This document shows positions 46,318-56,792 of a DNA stretch of 64,000 nt, one piece after another. The notes below the pieces were generated by a model. That model had not been told where the DNA came from, ran no database searches, and was given only the letters and a program-made list of their open reading frames with translations. The position numbers were made by a program, and so were the translations under genes. Source of the DNA: an uncultured Eubacteriales bacterium (GTDB taxonomy: Bacteria > Bacillota > Clostridia > Oscillospirales > Oscillospiraceae); the NCBI GenBank assembly GCA_900544405.1, contig UQVA01000002.1, positions 17,095 through 81,094 on the forward strand, read 5' to 3'. Position 1 is the stretch's first letter; the number at the start of each line of letters is the position of its first letter.

Positions 46318-48356
46318 AAACAGGCTTCTATCCCGGCTTCGCCTTCAGCGGCATCCGGAAAAATAAGCGGCTGTATGTGCCGTATCTGCTCACCTGCATT
46401 GGTGCGGTAATGATGTTTTATATTTTGAACTCCCTGTCCCGGTTTATGATCACCAGCGGCAGCTTCGGCGGCGGGACCACCGGGTCACTGCTGGAACTGG
46501 GCACCTGGGTCATGGGATTCTTTTCCCTTATCTTCCTGTTTTATACCAATTCTTTCCTGATTCGTCGCCGGAAGAAGGAATTCGGCCTGTATAATGTCCT
46601 GGGCATGGGCAAGGGAAACATTGCCCGTATCCTGCTCTGGGAGACGGTCATTCTGCTGGCAGTATCGTTGGCTGCCGGGCTTGGTCTGGGCATTGCACTG
46701 AGCAAGCTGTTTGAATTGGGCCTGGGCCGCATCATCCGGATGGAGAATCTGGACCATGTGCTGCGGGTGGACGGGAGAGGCGTCCTGCACACCGTGGTGA
46801 TCTACGGCGTGATTTTCTTCCTGATCTATCTGAATAGCCTCCGGCAAATTCATTTTGGTTCCCCGGTGGAACTGCTCCGGGGGGAGAATCTGGGGGAAAA
46901 GCCTCCCAAGGCCAACTGGCTGGTGGCCTTGCTGGGCGTGGTTCTACTGGCGGCGGCTTACCATCTGGCTGTGACCATCGAGGACCCCATTCTGGCCATG
47001 ACCTGGTTCTTTGTGGCGGTGCTGCTGGTCATTGCGGCTACCTACCTGCTGTTCATAGCCGGGTCCGTGACCTTGTGCCGTCTGCTGCAAAAGTGCAAGG
47101 GTTACTATTATCAGTCCCGCCACTTCGTCTCCGTGTCCTCCATGGCCTACCGGATGAAGCGCAACGGTGCAGGCCTGGCTTCCATCTGCATTCTGGCCAC
47201 TATGGTGCTGGTCATTGCCTCCACCACCGTCTCCTTGTACAGCGGCATCGAACAGAATCTCGCGGAGCGCTATCCCCGGGAGTTGAATATTGAACTGGTC
47301 AATTATGAGCCGGGGACCGAGGAAGACCTGCGGCGGGAGCAGGAGATGCTCCGTTCTGCCGTCATGGAGCAATTGGAAAAACGGGGCCTGAAGCCTGAAA
47401 ATATCATGGAATACCGGGCCAGCTCCACTACCGGCGTGTTTCGGGATAAGACGTTCCTGCTCAATGAGCCGGATACGCTTTCCAATGCGGCCATTACAGG
47501 CACTCTGTTGCTGATTCCTCTGGACGCTTACAACAGTCTGACCGGTTCTCAGGAGACCTTGAAGCCCGGGGAGGCCCTCATCAAGAACTACCGCATGGAC
47601 TACCAGCCCTCTGAGCTGACCGTGGCGGGCCATACCTACGCCCTGCGCCGTCTGCCGGACGGCCAGATCGGTGGAGGAGAGTCCCTTACTTATCTGGTGG
47701 GGACCGTGTATCTTGTCGTGCCGGACTATGAAGAAGCGGCACGGGACCTGCACCAGGCGCAGATGGAGGCGGATAACGGTCTGACCGGAATGCGCTGGCA
47801 CTTTAACTTTGACCTGGATGTCCCCGAGGAGGAGCGGAATGCGATCATGAGCGATGCGTTCCATACGTTCCGGGAGGATGAAAGCATCCGTAACTCCGGC
47901 TGCTCCGTCACTGTGGACAGTCGGGAGGCCAACCGGCAGGATTATTACGGCCTTTACGGCGGGCTGCTGTTCCTGGGAGCTGTGCTGAGCGTGGTATTCA
48001 CGGCAGCGGCGGTGCTCATCATCTACTATAAGCAGCTTTGCGAGGGCTACGAGGACCAGGCCCGGTTCTCTATCATGCGGAAAGTGGGCATGACGGACCG
48101 GGAAATTCGCCGGTCGGTGAATTCCCAGATGCTGACGGTGTTCTTCCTGCCGCTGGTGGCGGCGGGGGTCCATCTGGCCTTTGCCTTCCCCATGCTGACC
48201 AAGATCCTGGCGTTGCTGAATATGACGGACCGGAATTGGTTGCTGCTGATGACGGCGGCCAGCTTCCTGGTGTTTGGATTGTTCTACTTGGTGGTGTACC
48301 GCCTGACCTCCAACACCTATTATAAGATCGTTGTGAGCCGCTCCGAGCGGGAATAA
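46314..48356 (+). CDS. ABC transporter permease, FtsX-like (BceB-like, 10 TM)
   Basis: 680 aa; two FtsX/MacB-like 4-TM bundles separated by large extracellular domain. Confidence 0.85.
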   Translation: MKTGFYPGFAFSGIRKNKRLYVPYLLTCIGAVMMFYILNSLSRFMITSGSFGGGTTGSLLELGTWVMGFFSLIFLFYTNSFLIRRRKKEFGLYNVLGMGKGNIARILLWETVILLAVSLAAGLGLGIALSKLFELGLGRIIRMENLDHVLRVDGRGVLHTVVIYGVIFFLIYLNSLRQIHFGSPVELLRGENLGEKPPKANWLVALLGVVLLAAAYHLAVTIEDPILAMTWFFVAVLLVIAATYLLFIAGSVTLCRLLQKCKGYYYQSRHFVSVSSMAYRMKRNGAGLASICILATMVLVIASTTVSLYSGIEQNLAERYPRELNIELVNYEPGTEEDLRREQEMLRSAVMEQLEKRGLKPENIMEYRASSTTGVFRDKTFLLNEPDTLSNAAITGTLLLIPLDAYNSLTGSQETLKPGEALIKNYRMDYQPSELTVAGHTYALRRLPDGQIGGGESLTYLVGTVYLVVPDYEEAARDLHQAQMEADNGLTGMRWHFNFDLDVPEEERNAIMSDAFHTFREDESIRNSGCSVTVDSREANRQDYYGLYGGLLFLGAVLSVVFTAAAVLIIYYKQLCEGYEDQARFSIMRKVGMTDREIRRSVNSQMLTVFFLPLVAAGVHLAFAFPMLTKILALLNMTDRNWLLLMTAASFLVFGLFYLVVYRLTSNTYYKIVVSRSERE

Positions 48357-48363
48357 AAACAAA

Positions 48364-48396
48364 GCCCCCGGCGGGAATCTTCCCGCCGGGGGCGTT
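48364..48396 (+). terminator. Terminator after permease gene
   Basis: agcccccggcggga-atc-ttcccgccgggggcg hairpin. Confidence 0.55.
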
Positions 48397-48453
48397 GCAT
48401 CCGGGTGATTTCAAAAGGAAAAGCGGCAAGTCTCTTTCGAGGCTTGCCGCTTT

Positions 48454-48529
48454 TGGAGCTGGAAACGTGACTTGAACACGCGACCTGCTGATTACGAATC
48501 AGCTGCTCTACCGACTGAGCTATTCCAGC
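48454..48529 (-). tRNA. tRNA-Thr (anticodon CGT), CCA encoded
   Basis: rc GCTGGAATAGCTCAGTCGGTAGAGCAGCTGATTCGTAATCAGCAGGTCGCGTGTTCAAGTCACGTTTCCAGCTCCA; anticodon loop TTCGTAA. Confidence 0.9.
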
Positions 48530-48597
48530 AAAGGCACGATCCTTATTATATAGGCTTTCTTCGAAAATGTCAACTGCTTTTTCTTTTGAATCGCATC

Positions 48598-48627
48598 TTG
48601 CAAAACCAGGAGAAAATGATATACTAT
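48598..48627 (+). promoter_or_regulatory. sigma-A promoter (TTGCAA-18-TATACT) for heterodimeric ABC exporter operon
   Basis: -35 48598-48603, -10 48622-48627. Confidence 0.45.
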
Positions 48628-48656
48628 ACTCGAATTTAATAGGGAGCGTGATAGAT

Positions 48657-50381
48657 GTGAGAAAACTCCTGCGCTACATGAAGGGCTTCGGCAAGGAATG
48701 CGTGCTGGGGCCGCTGTTCAAGCTGTTGGAAGCCACCTTTGAACTTTTGGTGCCGCTGGTGGTGGCCAACATCGTGGACAAGGGCATTGCAAACGGGGAT
48801 ACCCCCTACATTATCAAGATGTGTCTCGTGATGGTGCTGTTGGGCGTTGTGGGCCTGGCCAGCAGTGTGACGGCACAGTATTTTTCTGCCCGTGCAGCGG
48901 TGGGATTTGCCTCCCGGCTGCGCCATGCGGTCATGCAGCGGACCCTGCGGCTGGGCTACGGGGAAATCGACCGGCTGGGCACTTCCACGCTGGTGACCCG
49001 GATGACCTCCGACATCAACCAGGTCCAGAACGGCGTGAACCTGACCCTGCGGCTGCTGCTCCGGTCCCCCTTCGTGGTGTTCGGCGCTATGGTCATGGCC
49101 TTTACCATCGATACCCAGGCGGCGCTGGTGTTCGCCGGGGTCATTCCCATTCTGTGCATTGTGGTGTTCGGCATCATGCTCATCACCATGCCCATGTACA
49201 AGCGGGTTCAGCAGCGGCTGGACAGCGTCACCGGCAAAGCCCGGCAGAATCTCTCCGGCGTCCGGGTGCTGCGGGCATTCAATATGGAAAAGAGCCAAAT
49301 CCAGGGCTTTGACGACAGCACGGCGGCCCTGACTGCCAGCCAGATGGCGGCCGGACGGGTGTCGGGCCTGCTGAACCCCCTGACGTTCGTCATTGTGAAC
49401 CTGGCGGTCATCGTGCTCATTCGGGTGGGGGCCGTGAAGGTGGATGGCGGGGTGCTGACCCAAGGCCTGGTCATCGCCCTGTACAACTATATGTCCCAGA
49501 TTTTGGTAGAGCTTATCAAGATGGCCAATCTCATCATCAACATCACCAAGGCCGTGGCCTGTGGCAACCGGGTGGAGGCCCTGCTGGAGGTCCGGCCCGG
49601 ACAGAAGAACGGTGAAAAGACCGATGCCATTCTGGGCGGCGTGACCTTTGAGAACGTGGCGGCAGGCTATCCCGGCGCAGCGGCCCATTCTCTGGAGGGC
49701 GTGTCCTTTACGGCCAAGCCCGGCCAGACCGTGGGCATCATCGGCGGCACCGGCTCCGGTAAAACGACTTTGGTGAACCTGATCCCCCGGTTCTATGATG
49801 CCCAGGAGGGCACCGTGACCATCGACGGCACGGACGTGAAGGAACTGGACCAGGAGACCCTCCGTTCCGCCATCGGCGTGGTGCCCCAGAAAGCAGTCCT
49901 GTTCCACGGAACCATCCGGGAGAACCTCCGCTGGGGCAAGGAAGATGCTACCGACGAGGAGCTTTGGGATGCCCTGGACGTGGCCCAGGCCCGGGAAGTG
50001 GTCAAGGACAAGGAAGGGGAACTGGATGCTCCGGTGGAGCAGGGGGGAACCAATTTCTCCGGCGGCCAGAAGCAGCGGCTGACCATCGCCCGTGCTTTGG
50101 TCCGCAAGCCCCGCATCCTGATTCTGGACGACAGCGCTTCGGCCCTGGACTATGCCACCGACGCCCGGCTGCGGATGGCCATTCGGAATATGAAAAATCC
50201 GCCTACGACCTTCATCGTCTCCCAGCGGTCCTCCGCCGTGCGGTACGCCGACGAAATTCTGGTGCTGGACGACGGGAAACTGGTGGGCAAGGGCACCCAC
50301 GAGGAATTGCTGAAAAATTGCCCTGTGTACCGGGAGATCGTGCGCTCCCAGTTCCCGGAGGAGGTGAAGGACAATGGCTAA
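48657..50381 (+). CDS. ABC transporter ATP-binding/permease protein (type I exporter half-transporter, subunit 1)
   Basis: ~574 aa, GTG start at 48657 after AGGGAG; 6 TM + NBD 'GGTGSGKTTLVNL','FSGGQKQRLTIARAL','ILILDDSASALD'. Confidence 0.85.
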   Translation: MRKLLRYMKGFGKECVLGPLFKLLEATFELLVPLVVANIVDKGIANGDTPYIIKMCLVMVLLGVVGLASSVTAQYFSARAAVGFASRLRHAVMQRTLRLGYGEIDRLGTSTLVTRMTSDINQVQNGVNLTLRLLLRSPFVVFGAMVMAFTIDTQAALVFAGVIPILCIVVFGIMLITMPMYKRVQQRLDSVTGKARQNLSGVRVLRAFNMEKSQIQGFDDSTAALTASQMAAGRVSGLLNPLTFVIVNLAVIVLIRVGAVKVDGGVLTQGLVIALYNYMSQILVELIKMANLIINITKAVACGNRVEALLEVRPGQKNGEKTDAILGGVTFENVAAGYPGAAAHSLEGVSFTAKPGQTVGIIGGTGSGKTTLVNLIPRFYDAQEGTVTIDGTDVKELDQETLRSAIGVVPQKAVLFHGTIRENLRWGKEDATDEELWDALDVAQAREVVKDKEGELDAPVEQGGTNFSGGQKQRLTIARALVRKPRILILDDSASALDYATDARLRMAIRNMKNPPTTFIVSQRSSAVRYADEILVLDDGKLVGKGTHEELLKNCPVYREIVRSQFPEEVKDNG

Positions 50382-52119
50382 GACAACGCAACCGGGGACC
50401 CTTTCTAAAGTCCTGCTGCGGGTAAAGCGGTATTGGGCCGCCATGATCGGCTCCATTGCTCTGTCCGCCGTGTATGTGGCCATGAGCCTGTATATCCCCA
50501 TTCTGGTGGGCGATGCCATTGACTGCATCGTGGAGGCCGGCCATGTGGACTTTACCAAAATGGGAGAATATCTCCTGAAAGTGGCCATCTGCGCCGGAGC
50601 GGCGGGCCTTTCCCAGTGGGTCATGAACGTACTGAACAACCATGTGACCTACCGGGTGACGCAGGACCTGCGCCAGGAGGCCTTCCGGCATATTCAGGAC
50701 CTGCCCCTGAGCTATCTGGACACCCATCCCCAGGGGGATATGGTGAGCCGGATGGTGGCGGATGTGGATACCTTCGCCGACGGCCTGCTCATGGGCTTCA
50801 CCCAGTTCTTTACCGGTGCGCTGACCATTCTAGGAACCCTGTTCATTATGATGACCATTCGCTGGCAGATTGCCCTGGTGGTGCTGTGCATCACCCCGGT
50901 ATCTCTGCTGGTGGCCCGGTTCATTTCCAAGCGGACCTATTCCATGTTCCGGCTCCAGAGCCAGACCCGCGGCGAGCAGACGGCCCTCATTGACGAGACC
51001 GTGGGCGAATTGAAAGTGGTCCAGGCCTTCGGCCATGAGAATGCCTCTCTGGCGGAGTTCGATGAGGTCAACGACCGGCTGGAAAAATGCTCTTTGCAGG
51101 CCATTTTCTTCTCCTCTCTGGTGAATCCCGCCACCCGGTTCGTGAACTCCCTGGTCTACGCCTGCGTGGGCCTGGTGGGCGCCCTCAGCGCCATCGGCGG
51201 AGCCATCACTCCGGGCGTGCTGACCATTTTCCTCAGCTATGCCAACCAGTACACCAAGCCCTTCAATGAAATTTCCGGCGTGGTGACGGAATTGCAGAAC
51301 GCCCTGGCCTGCGCCGCACGGGTGTTCGAGCTGATCGAAGAAAAGCCCCAGACGGCGGACCCGGCGGACCCCAAGGTTCCCGAAACCGTGGAGGGGGCCA
51401 TGGAGATTTCTCATGTGGACTTCTCCTATGTGCCGGAAAAGCCCCTCATCCGGGACTTCAACCTGTCCGTGAAGCCCGGCGAGCGGGTGGCCATTGTCGG
51501 TCCCACGGGCTGCGGCAAGACGACCATGATCAACCTGCTCATGCGCTTCTATGATCCCCAGCAGGGTACCATCACCCTGGACGGGGTGAACACCCGGGAA
51601 ATGGCGAGGGGCGACCTGCGCCGGTGCGTGGGCATGGTGCTGCAGGATACCTGGCTCATGTCCGGCACCATCCGGGATAATATTGCCATGGGCAAGCCGG
51701 ACGCGACCCTGGAGGAAATTCAGGAGGCGGCGAAAAAGGCCCATGCGGACAGCTTTATCCGCCGGATGCCCCAGGGCTACGATACCCAGGTGGGCGAGGG
51801 CGGCGGCAGCCTGTCCCAGGGCCAGAAGCAGCTTCTGTGCATCGCACGGGTGATGCTGTGTCTGCCACCCATGCTGATTCTGGACGAGGCTACGTCCTCC
51901 ATCGATACCCGCACGGAGATGAAAGTCCAGAATGCGTTCCAGACCATGATGGAAGGCCGGACCAGCTTCATCGTGGCCCATCGGCTCTCCACCATCCAGA
52001 ATGCGGATGTGATTCTGGTCATGCGGGACGGGCAGATCATCGAGCAGGGTACCCATCAGGAACTCCTTGCCAAGAGGGGCTTCTACGAGCAGCTGTACCA
52101 GAGCCAGTTTGCCCATTAA
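50374..52119 (+). CDS. ABC transporter ATP-binding/permease protein (type I exporter half-transporter, subunit 2)
   Basis: 581 aa; overlaps upstream partner by 8 nt; 'GPTGCGKTTMINL','LSQGQKQLLCIARV','LILDEATSSID'. Confidence 0.85.
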   Translation: MAKTTQPGTLSKVLLRVKRYWAAMIGSIALSAVYVAMSLYIPILVGDAIDCIVEAGHVDFTKMGEYLLKVAICAGAAGLSQWVMNVLNNHVTYRVTQDLRQEAFRHIQDLPLSYLDTHPQGDMVSRMVADVDTFADGLLMGFTQFFTGALTILGTLFIMMTIRWQIALVVLCITPVSLLVARFISKRTYSMFRLQSQTRGEQTALIDETVGELKVVQAFGHENASLAEFDEVNDRLEKCSLQAIFFSSLVNPATRFVNSLVYACVGLVGALSAIGGAITPGVLTIFLSYANQYTKPFNEISGVVTELQNALACAARVFELIEEKPQTADPADPKVPETVEGAMEISHVDFSYVPEKPLIRDFNLSVKPGERVAIVGPTGCGKTTMINLLMRFYDPQQGTITLDGVNTREMARGDLRRCVGMVLQDTWLMSGTIRDNIAMGKPDATLEEIQEAAKKAHADSFIRRMPQGYDTQVGEGGGSLSQGQKQLLCIARVMLCLPPMLILDEATSSIDTRTEMKVQNAFQTMMEGRTSFIVAHRLSTIQNADVILVMRDGQIIEQGTHQELLAKRGFYEQLYQSQFAH

Positions 52120-52130
52120 GTGAATTTACG

Positions 52131-52164
52131 AGCCAAGGCTCCCTGGAAGGGGAGCCTTGTTTTT
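52131..52164 (+). terminator. Terminator after ABC exporter operon
   Basis: caaggctcccc-tggaa-ggggagccttg + tttttt. Confidence 0.65.
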
Positions 52165-52471
52165 TAAGAGAAAAGAGAAGAGAGAATAGAGAAAAGCCGA
52201 AATGCTGCGACGGGGGCAATGTGCGGGAAAATTTCGAGAAGCCCCCGGCGGAGCATGGTAGGGGCGAGGCGTGCCTCGCCCCTACAGTGCCTCGCCGGGA
52301 GTGCCCATAGGGCAGTCACTTAGTAGTGGTATGACTGCCACCGGCAGTCATAATCATTTTTATTCGCTGCGCGGGGCACACCCCCCTACACGCCGGGAGG
52401 CAAGCGCCTCGCCGGAGGATTTTCAAAATACGATGTGCTGCCTCTGCAACGCCTCTCTCTATCCTCAATCG

Positions 52472-52500
52472 TTGACTTTCCTGAAGAAAATGCGTATAAT
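52472..52500 (+). promoter_or_regulatory. Near-consensus sigma-A promoter (TTGACT-17-TATAAT) for topoisomerase operon
   Basis: -35 52472-52477, -10 52495-52500. Confidence 0.55.
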
Positions 52501-52541
52501 AGGAGAAAATACAATGGAGCAATATGGCAGGTAGGAGTATT

Positions 52542-54524
52542 ATGGCTGCAAAAAAACAGGAACAATACGGAAATTCCAGCATTTCCATGCTGAAGGGGGA
52601 GGACCGGGTCCGCAAACGCCCGGCGGTCATCTTCGGGTCCGACGACTTGGAGGGCTGCAAACATGCCGTCTTTGAGATTCTCTCCAACGCCATTGACGAA
52701 GCCCGTGAGGGCCATGGCGACACCATCATCGTCACCCGCTACGAGGACCTGAGCGTCGAGGTGGAGGACTTCGGCCGGGGCTGCCCGGTGGACTACAACG
52801 AAAAGGAAAAGCGCTACAACTGGGAACTGGTGTTCTGCGAAATGTACGCCGGCGGCAAGTACGGCGAAAACGGAGAAAACTATGAGTATTCCCTGGGCCT
52901 GAACGGCCTGGGCTCCTGCGCTACCCAGTACGCTTCGGAATTTTTCGATGCGGTCATCCGCCGGGACGGTTTCAAGTACACCCTTCACTTTGAAAAGGGC
53001 AAGAACATCGGCGGCCTTCACAAAGAACCCACGGACAGGAAAAAGACCGGCTCCCTGTTCCGCTGGCGGCCGGACAAGGAAGTATTCACGGACATCAACA
53101 TCCCCGTGGAATACTACCGGGACGTGCTGCGCCGTCAGGCCGTGGTGAACAAGGGCGTGACCTTCCGCTTCCGCAATCAGGTGGGCGGCAAGTTCGAGAC
53201 GGAAGAGTATTGCTATCCCGACGGCATCAAGCAGTACCTGGAAGAGCTGGTAGGGGAGAATGCCTTCACCATGCCTGTATTCTGGGAGGCCGAGCGCCGG
53301 GGCCGGGACGCGGAGAACCGGCCGGAAATGAAGCTGAAAATTACGGCTTCCTTCTGCTTCTCCAAGCAGGTGAGCCACATTGAATACTATCACAATTCTT
53401 CCTGGCTGGAATACGGCGGCAGCCCGGATAAGGCGGTGCGCTCCGGCTTCACGGCGGCCTTCGACAAGTATCTGCGGGATACCAACAAATACACCAAGAA
53501 CGAGAGCAAGATTTTGTTCCAGGACATCCAGGACAGCCTGGTGCTGGTGACCAACTGCTTCTCCACCATCGGCTGCTTTGAGAACCAGACCAAAAAGTCC
53601 GTGAACTCCAAGTTCACCCAGGAGGCCATGACCGCTTTCTTCAAGGAAAAGCTGCAGGTCTGGTTCCTTGAGAACAAGCAGGAGGCGGACCGGGCGGCGG
53701 AGCAAATTCTTGTGAACAAGCGTTCCCGGGAATCCGCCGAAAAGACCCGGACCAGTGTGAAAAAGAAGCTGTCCGGCACTATTGACATTGCTAACCGGGT
53801 CCAGAAATTCGTGGACTGCCGGAGCCGGGACGCCGCCGTCCGGGAATTGTATATCGTGGAGGGCGATTCCGCACTGGGCAGCGTGAAAATGTCCCGGGAT
53901 GCGGAATTCCAGGGCATCATGCCTGTTCGTGGCAAAATTCTGAACTGCCTGAAAGCGGATTACAATAAAATCTTCGCCTCGCCCATTATCACGGACCTGA
54001 TGAAGGTCCTGGGCTGCGGCGTAGAGGTCCAGGGGAAGAAGGGCAAGGAACTGTCCTCCTTCGACCTGTCTGCCCTGCGCTGGAACAAGGTCGTGATCTG
54101 CACCGATGCGGATTACGACGGCTTCCAGATACGGACCCTGATTCTGACCATGCTCTACCGGCTCTGCCCCACGCTGATCCGGGACGGGTATGTGTATATC
54201 GCAGAATCGCCGCTTTTTGAGATCACCTGCAAGGACAAGACTTGGTTTGCCTATAATGAGCAGGAAAAAGCCGCCATTCTGAAAGAACTGAACGGGAAAA
54301 AAGTCAACATCCAGCGCTCCAAAGGTCTTGGCGAAAACGACCCGGAGATGATGTGGATGACCACCATGAACCCGGAGACCCGGCGGCTCATCAAGGTCAT
54401 GCCGGAGGAAGCGGAGCGGACCGCTTACTATTTCGACATTCTGCTGGGGGACAACCTGACCGAGCGGAAGAATTTCATTGCAGAAAACGGCGCCAGATAT
54501 CTGGAACTGGCGGATATTTCCTAA
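52542..54524 (+). CDS. Type IIA DNA topoisomerase subunit B (GyrB/ParE family)
   Basis: 660 aa from ATG 52542 (RBS AGGTAGGAG); GHKL ATPase 'LEGCKHAVFEILSNAIDEA','GLNGLGS'; TOPRIM 'LYIVEGDSA', 'PVRGKILN'. Confidence 0.85.
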   Translation: MAAKKQEQYGNSSISMLKGEDRVRKRPAVIFGSDDLEGCKHAVFEILSNAIDEAREGHGDTIIVTRYEDLSVEVEDFGRGCPVDYNEKEKRYNWELVFCEMYAGGKYGENGENYEYSLGLNGLGSCATQYASEFFDAVIRRDGFKYTLHFEKGKNIGGLHKEPTDRKKTGSLFRWRPDKEVFTDINIPVEYYRDVLRRQAVVNKGVTFRFRNQVGGKFETEEYCYPDGIKQYLEELVGENAFTMPVFWEAERRGRDAENRPEMKLKITASFCFSKQVSHIEYYHNSSWLEYGGSPDKAVRSGFTAAFDKYLRDTNKYTKNESKILFQDIQDSLVLVTNCFSTIGCFENQTKKSVNSKFTQEAMTAFFKEKLQVWFLENKQEADRAAEQILVNKRSRESAEKTRTSVKKKLSGTIDIANRVQKFVDCRSRDAAVRELYIVEGDSALGSVKMSRDAEFQGIMPVRGKILNCLKADYNKIFASPIITDLMKVLGCGVEVQGKKGKELSSFDLSALRWNKVVICTDADYDGFQIRTLILTMLYRLCPTLIRDGYVYIAESPLFEITCKDKTWFAYNEQEKAAILKELNGKKVNIQRSKGLGENDPEMMWMTTMNPETRRLIKVMPEEAERTAYYFDILLGDNLTERKNFIAENGARYLELADIS

Positions 54525-54533
54525 GGAGGAGCT

Positions 54534-56777
54534 ATGGCAAAGAAAAAACAGGAACCCTCCAAGAAGAAGGTCAATACCGAGGGCGTGGTGGGCCTTCACG
54601 GCTCCACCACCGAGCAGCCCATCTCCGAGACGCTGGAGATCAACTATATGCCCTACGCCATGTCCGTCATCGTCTCCCGGGCCATTCCGGAAATTGACGG
54701 CTTCAAGCCCAGCCATCGGAAGCTGCTCTATACCATGTATAAAATGGGCCTGCTCACCGGCGGACGGACCAAATCCGCCAACATCGTGGGTCAGACCATG
54801 CACCTGAACCCCCACGGCGATGCGGCCATTTACGAGACCATGGTCCGTCTGGCCCGGAGCAATGAAACGCTCCTGCATCCCTTCGTGGACTCCAAGGGCA
54901 ACTTCGGCAAGGTCTACTCCCGGGACATGGCCTACGCCGCCTCCCGTTACACCGAGGCCAAGCTGGAACCCATCTGCGCCGAGCTGTTCCGGGACATCGA
55001 TTCCGACACGGTGGATATGGTGGACAACTACGATGCCACCACCAAGGAGCCGACCCTGCTGCCCACCACCTTCCCCAATGTGCTGGTCAGCGCCAATCAG
55101 GGCATTGCCGTGGGCATGGCCAGCAATATCTGTTCTTTCAATTTGAAAGAGGTCTGCGACACCACCATCGCCCTGCTGCAAAATCCCAATCACGACATTC
55201 TGGAGACCTTGCCTGGACCGGATTTTTCCACCGGCGGACAAGTACTCTTTGACGAGGCCGCCACCCGTGATATTTACGCCACGGGCCGGGGCAGCTTCAA
55301 GCTCCGGGCCAAGTGGCAGTATGTCAAAGAAGGCAACCGCATCGAGATCCTGGAAATTCCCTACACCACCGCCACGGAGACCATCATGGACAAGGTGGAG
55401 GAACTCATTCGGGCGGGCAAAATCCGGGAAATTTCCGATATGCGGGACGAAACGGACCTGGGCGGCCTGAAGCTGACCATCGACCTGAAACGGGGCGTGG
55501 ACCCGGATGCCCTTATGCGCAAGCTTATGCGGCTGACGCCATTGCAGGATTCTTTCCCCTGCAACTTCAACATCCTGGTGGCCGGTATGCCCCGGGTCAT
55601 GGGCGTTGGGGAAATTCTGGAGGAGTGGTGCGCCTGGCGGACCGACTGCATCAAGCGCCGCATCTTCTTCCAAATCAAAAAGAAGCAGGACCGGCTCCAT
55701 TTGCTCAAGGGCCTGGAGCGCATCCTGCTGGACATCGACAAGGCCATTTCCATCATCCGGGAGACGGAACTGGAAAGCGAAGTGGTGCCGAATCTGATGA
55801 TCGGCTTCGGCATTGACGAGATTCAGGCCAATTTCGTGGCGGAGATCAAGCTGCGGAACATCAATAAAGAGTATATTCTTCGGCAGACCAAGGCTATCTC
55901 CGATTTGGAGAAGGAAATTGCGGACCTGGACGCCACGCTGAACAGCCCCCGTCGACTGAAAAACGTGATGATCGCAGAGCTGAAGCAGGTGTCGGAGAAG
56001 TATGGCCAGCCCCGCAAGACCGAAATTATTTACCAGACCGAGGAGGAGACCCCAGAGGAGCCGGAGGAGCAGATTCCCGACTACCCGGTGACGGTATTCG
56101 TCTCCAAGGAGGGCTATCTGAAAAAAATTACCGCTCAGTCCCTGCGGATGTCCGGAGAGCAGAAGTTCAAGGAAGGGGATTCTCTGGCCTTCTCCAGGGA
56201 GACCAGCAACCGGGGCGAAATTCTGGTGTTCACGGACAAATTCCAGTGCTATAAGGCAAGGATTGCCGACTTCCCCGACGGAAAAGCCTCCCAGCTGGGA
56301 GATTATTTGCCCCAGAAGCTGGAAATGGAGCCGGGTGAGAATCTTTTGCAGGTGGTTTTGCCGGAGGACTACAAGGGCTTCCTGATGTTCTTCTTTGAAA
56401 ACGGCAAGGCCGCCAAGGTCCCCATGTCCGCCTATGAGACCAAGACCAACCGCCGGAAGCTTACCGGCGCTTACTCCGACAAGAGTCCCCTGCGGACCAT
56501 CCTGGCCATGCAGGCAGATGCGGAGGTGGCCCTGTACGCCACCGACGGCCGGGCGGTCATATTCTCCACGGCGCTGCTGCTGCCCAAGACCACCCGGAAC
56601 ACCCAGGGCGTGGCGGTAATGAGCCTGAAAAAGAAGGCGCTGGCGGACCGGGCGGTGCTGCTGGCCGACAGCGGCATTGCCAACGCTGCCCGCTACCGCT
56701 GCAAAGCGGTGCCCGCTGCGGGGGCTTTGGTGAAAGAGGAAGATTCCGGCAACAAGCAAATTGAATTTGCACTGTAA
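54534..56777 (+). CDS. Type IIA DNA topoisomerase subunit A (GyrA/ParC family), short C-terminal domain
   Basis: 747 aa; 'YAMSVIVSRAIPEIDGFKPSHRKLLYTMY', active-site 'ASRYTE(A)' Tyr region. Confidence 0.85.
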   Translation: MAKKKQEPSKKKVNTEGVVGLHGSTTEQPISETLEINYMPYAMSVIVSRAIPEIDGFKPSHRKLLYTMYKMGLLTGGRTKSANIVGQTMHLNPHGDAAIYETMVRLARSNETLLHPFVDSKGNFGKVYSRDMAYAASRYTEAKLEPICAELFRDIDSDTVDMVDNYDATTKEPTLLPTTFPNVLVSANQGIAVGMASNICSFNLKEVCDTTIALLQNPNHDILETLPGPDFSTGGQVLFDEAATRDIYATGRGSFKLRAKWQYVKEGNRIEILEIPYTTATETIMDKVEELIRAGKIREISDMRDETDLGGLKLTIDLKRGVDPDALMRKLMRLTPLQDSFPCNFNILVAGMPRVMGVGEILEEWCAWRTDCIKRRIFFQIKKKQDRLHLLKGLERILLDIDKAISIIRETELESEVVPNLMIGFGIDEIQANFVAEIKLRNINKEYILRQTKAISDLEKEIADLDATLNSPRRLKNVMIAELKQVSEKYGQPRKTEIIYQTEEETPEEPEEQIPDYPVTVFVSKEGYLKKITAQSLRMSGEQKFKEGDSLAFSRETSNRGEILVFTDKFQCYKARIADFPDGKASQLGDYLPQKLEMEPGENLLQVVLPEDYKGFLMFFFENGKAAKVPMSAYETKTNRRKLTGAYSDKSPLRTILAMQADAEVALYATDGRAVIFSTALLLPKTTRNTQGVAVMSLKKKALADRAVLLADSGIANAARYRCKAVPAAGALVKEEDSGNKQIEFAL

Positions 56778-56792
56778 TTGGGGGCGTTTGCT

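Noticed and set aside
48636-50639. 667-aa minus-strand ORF
   Set aside because: Antisense to the two ABC half-transporter genes
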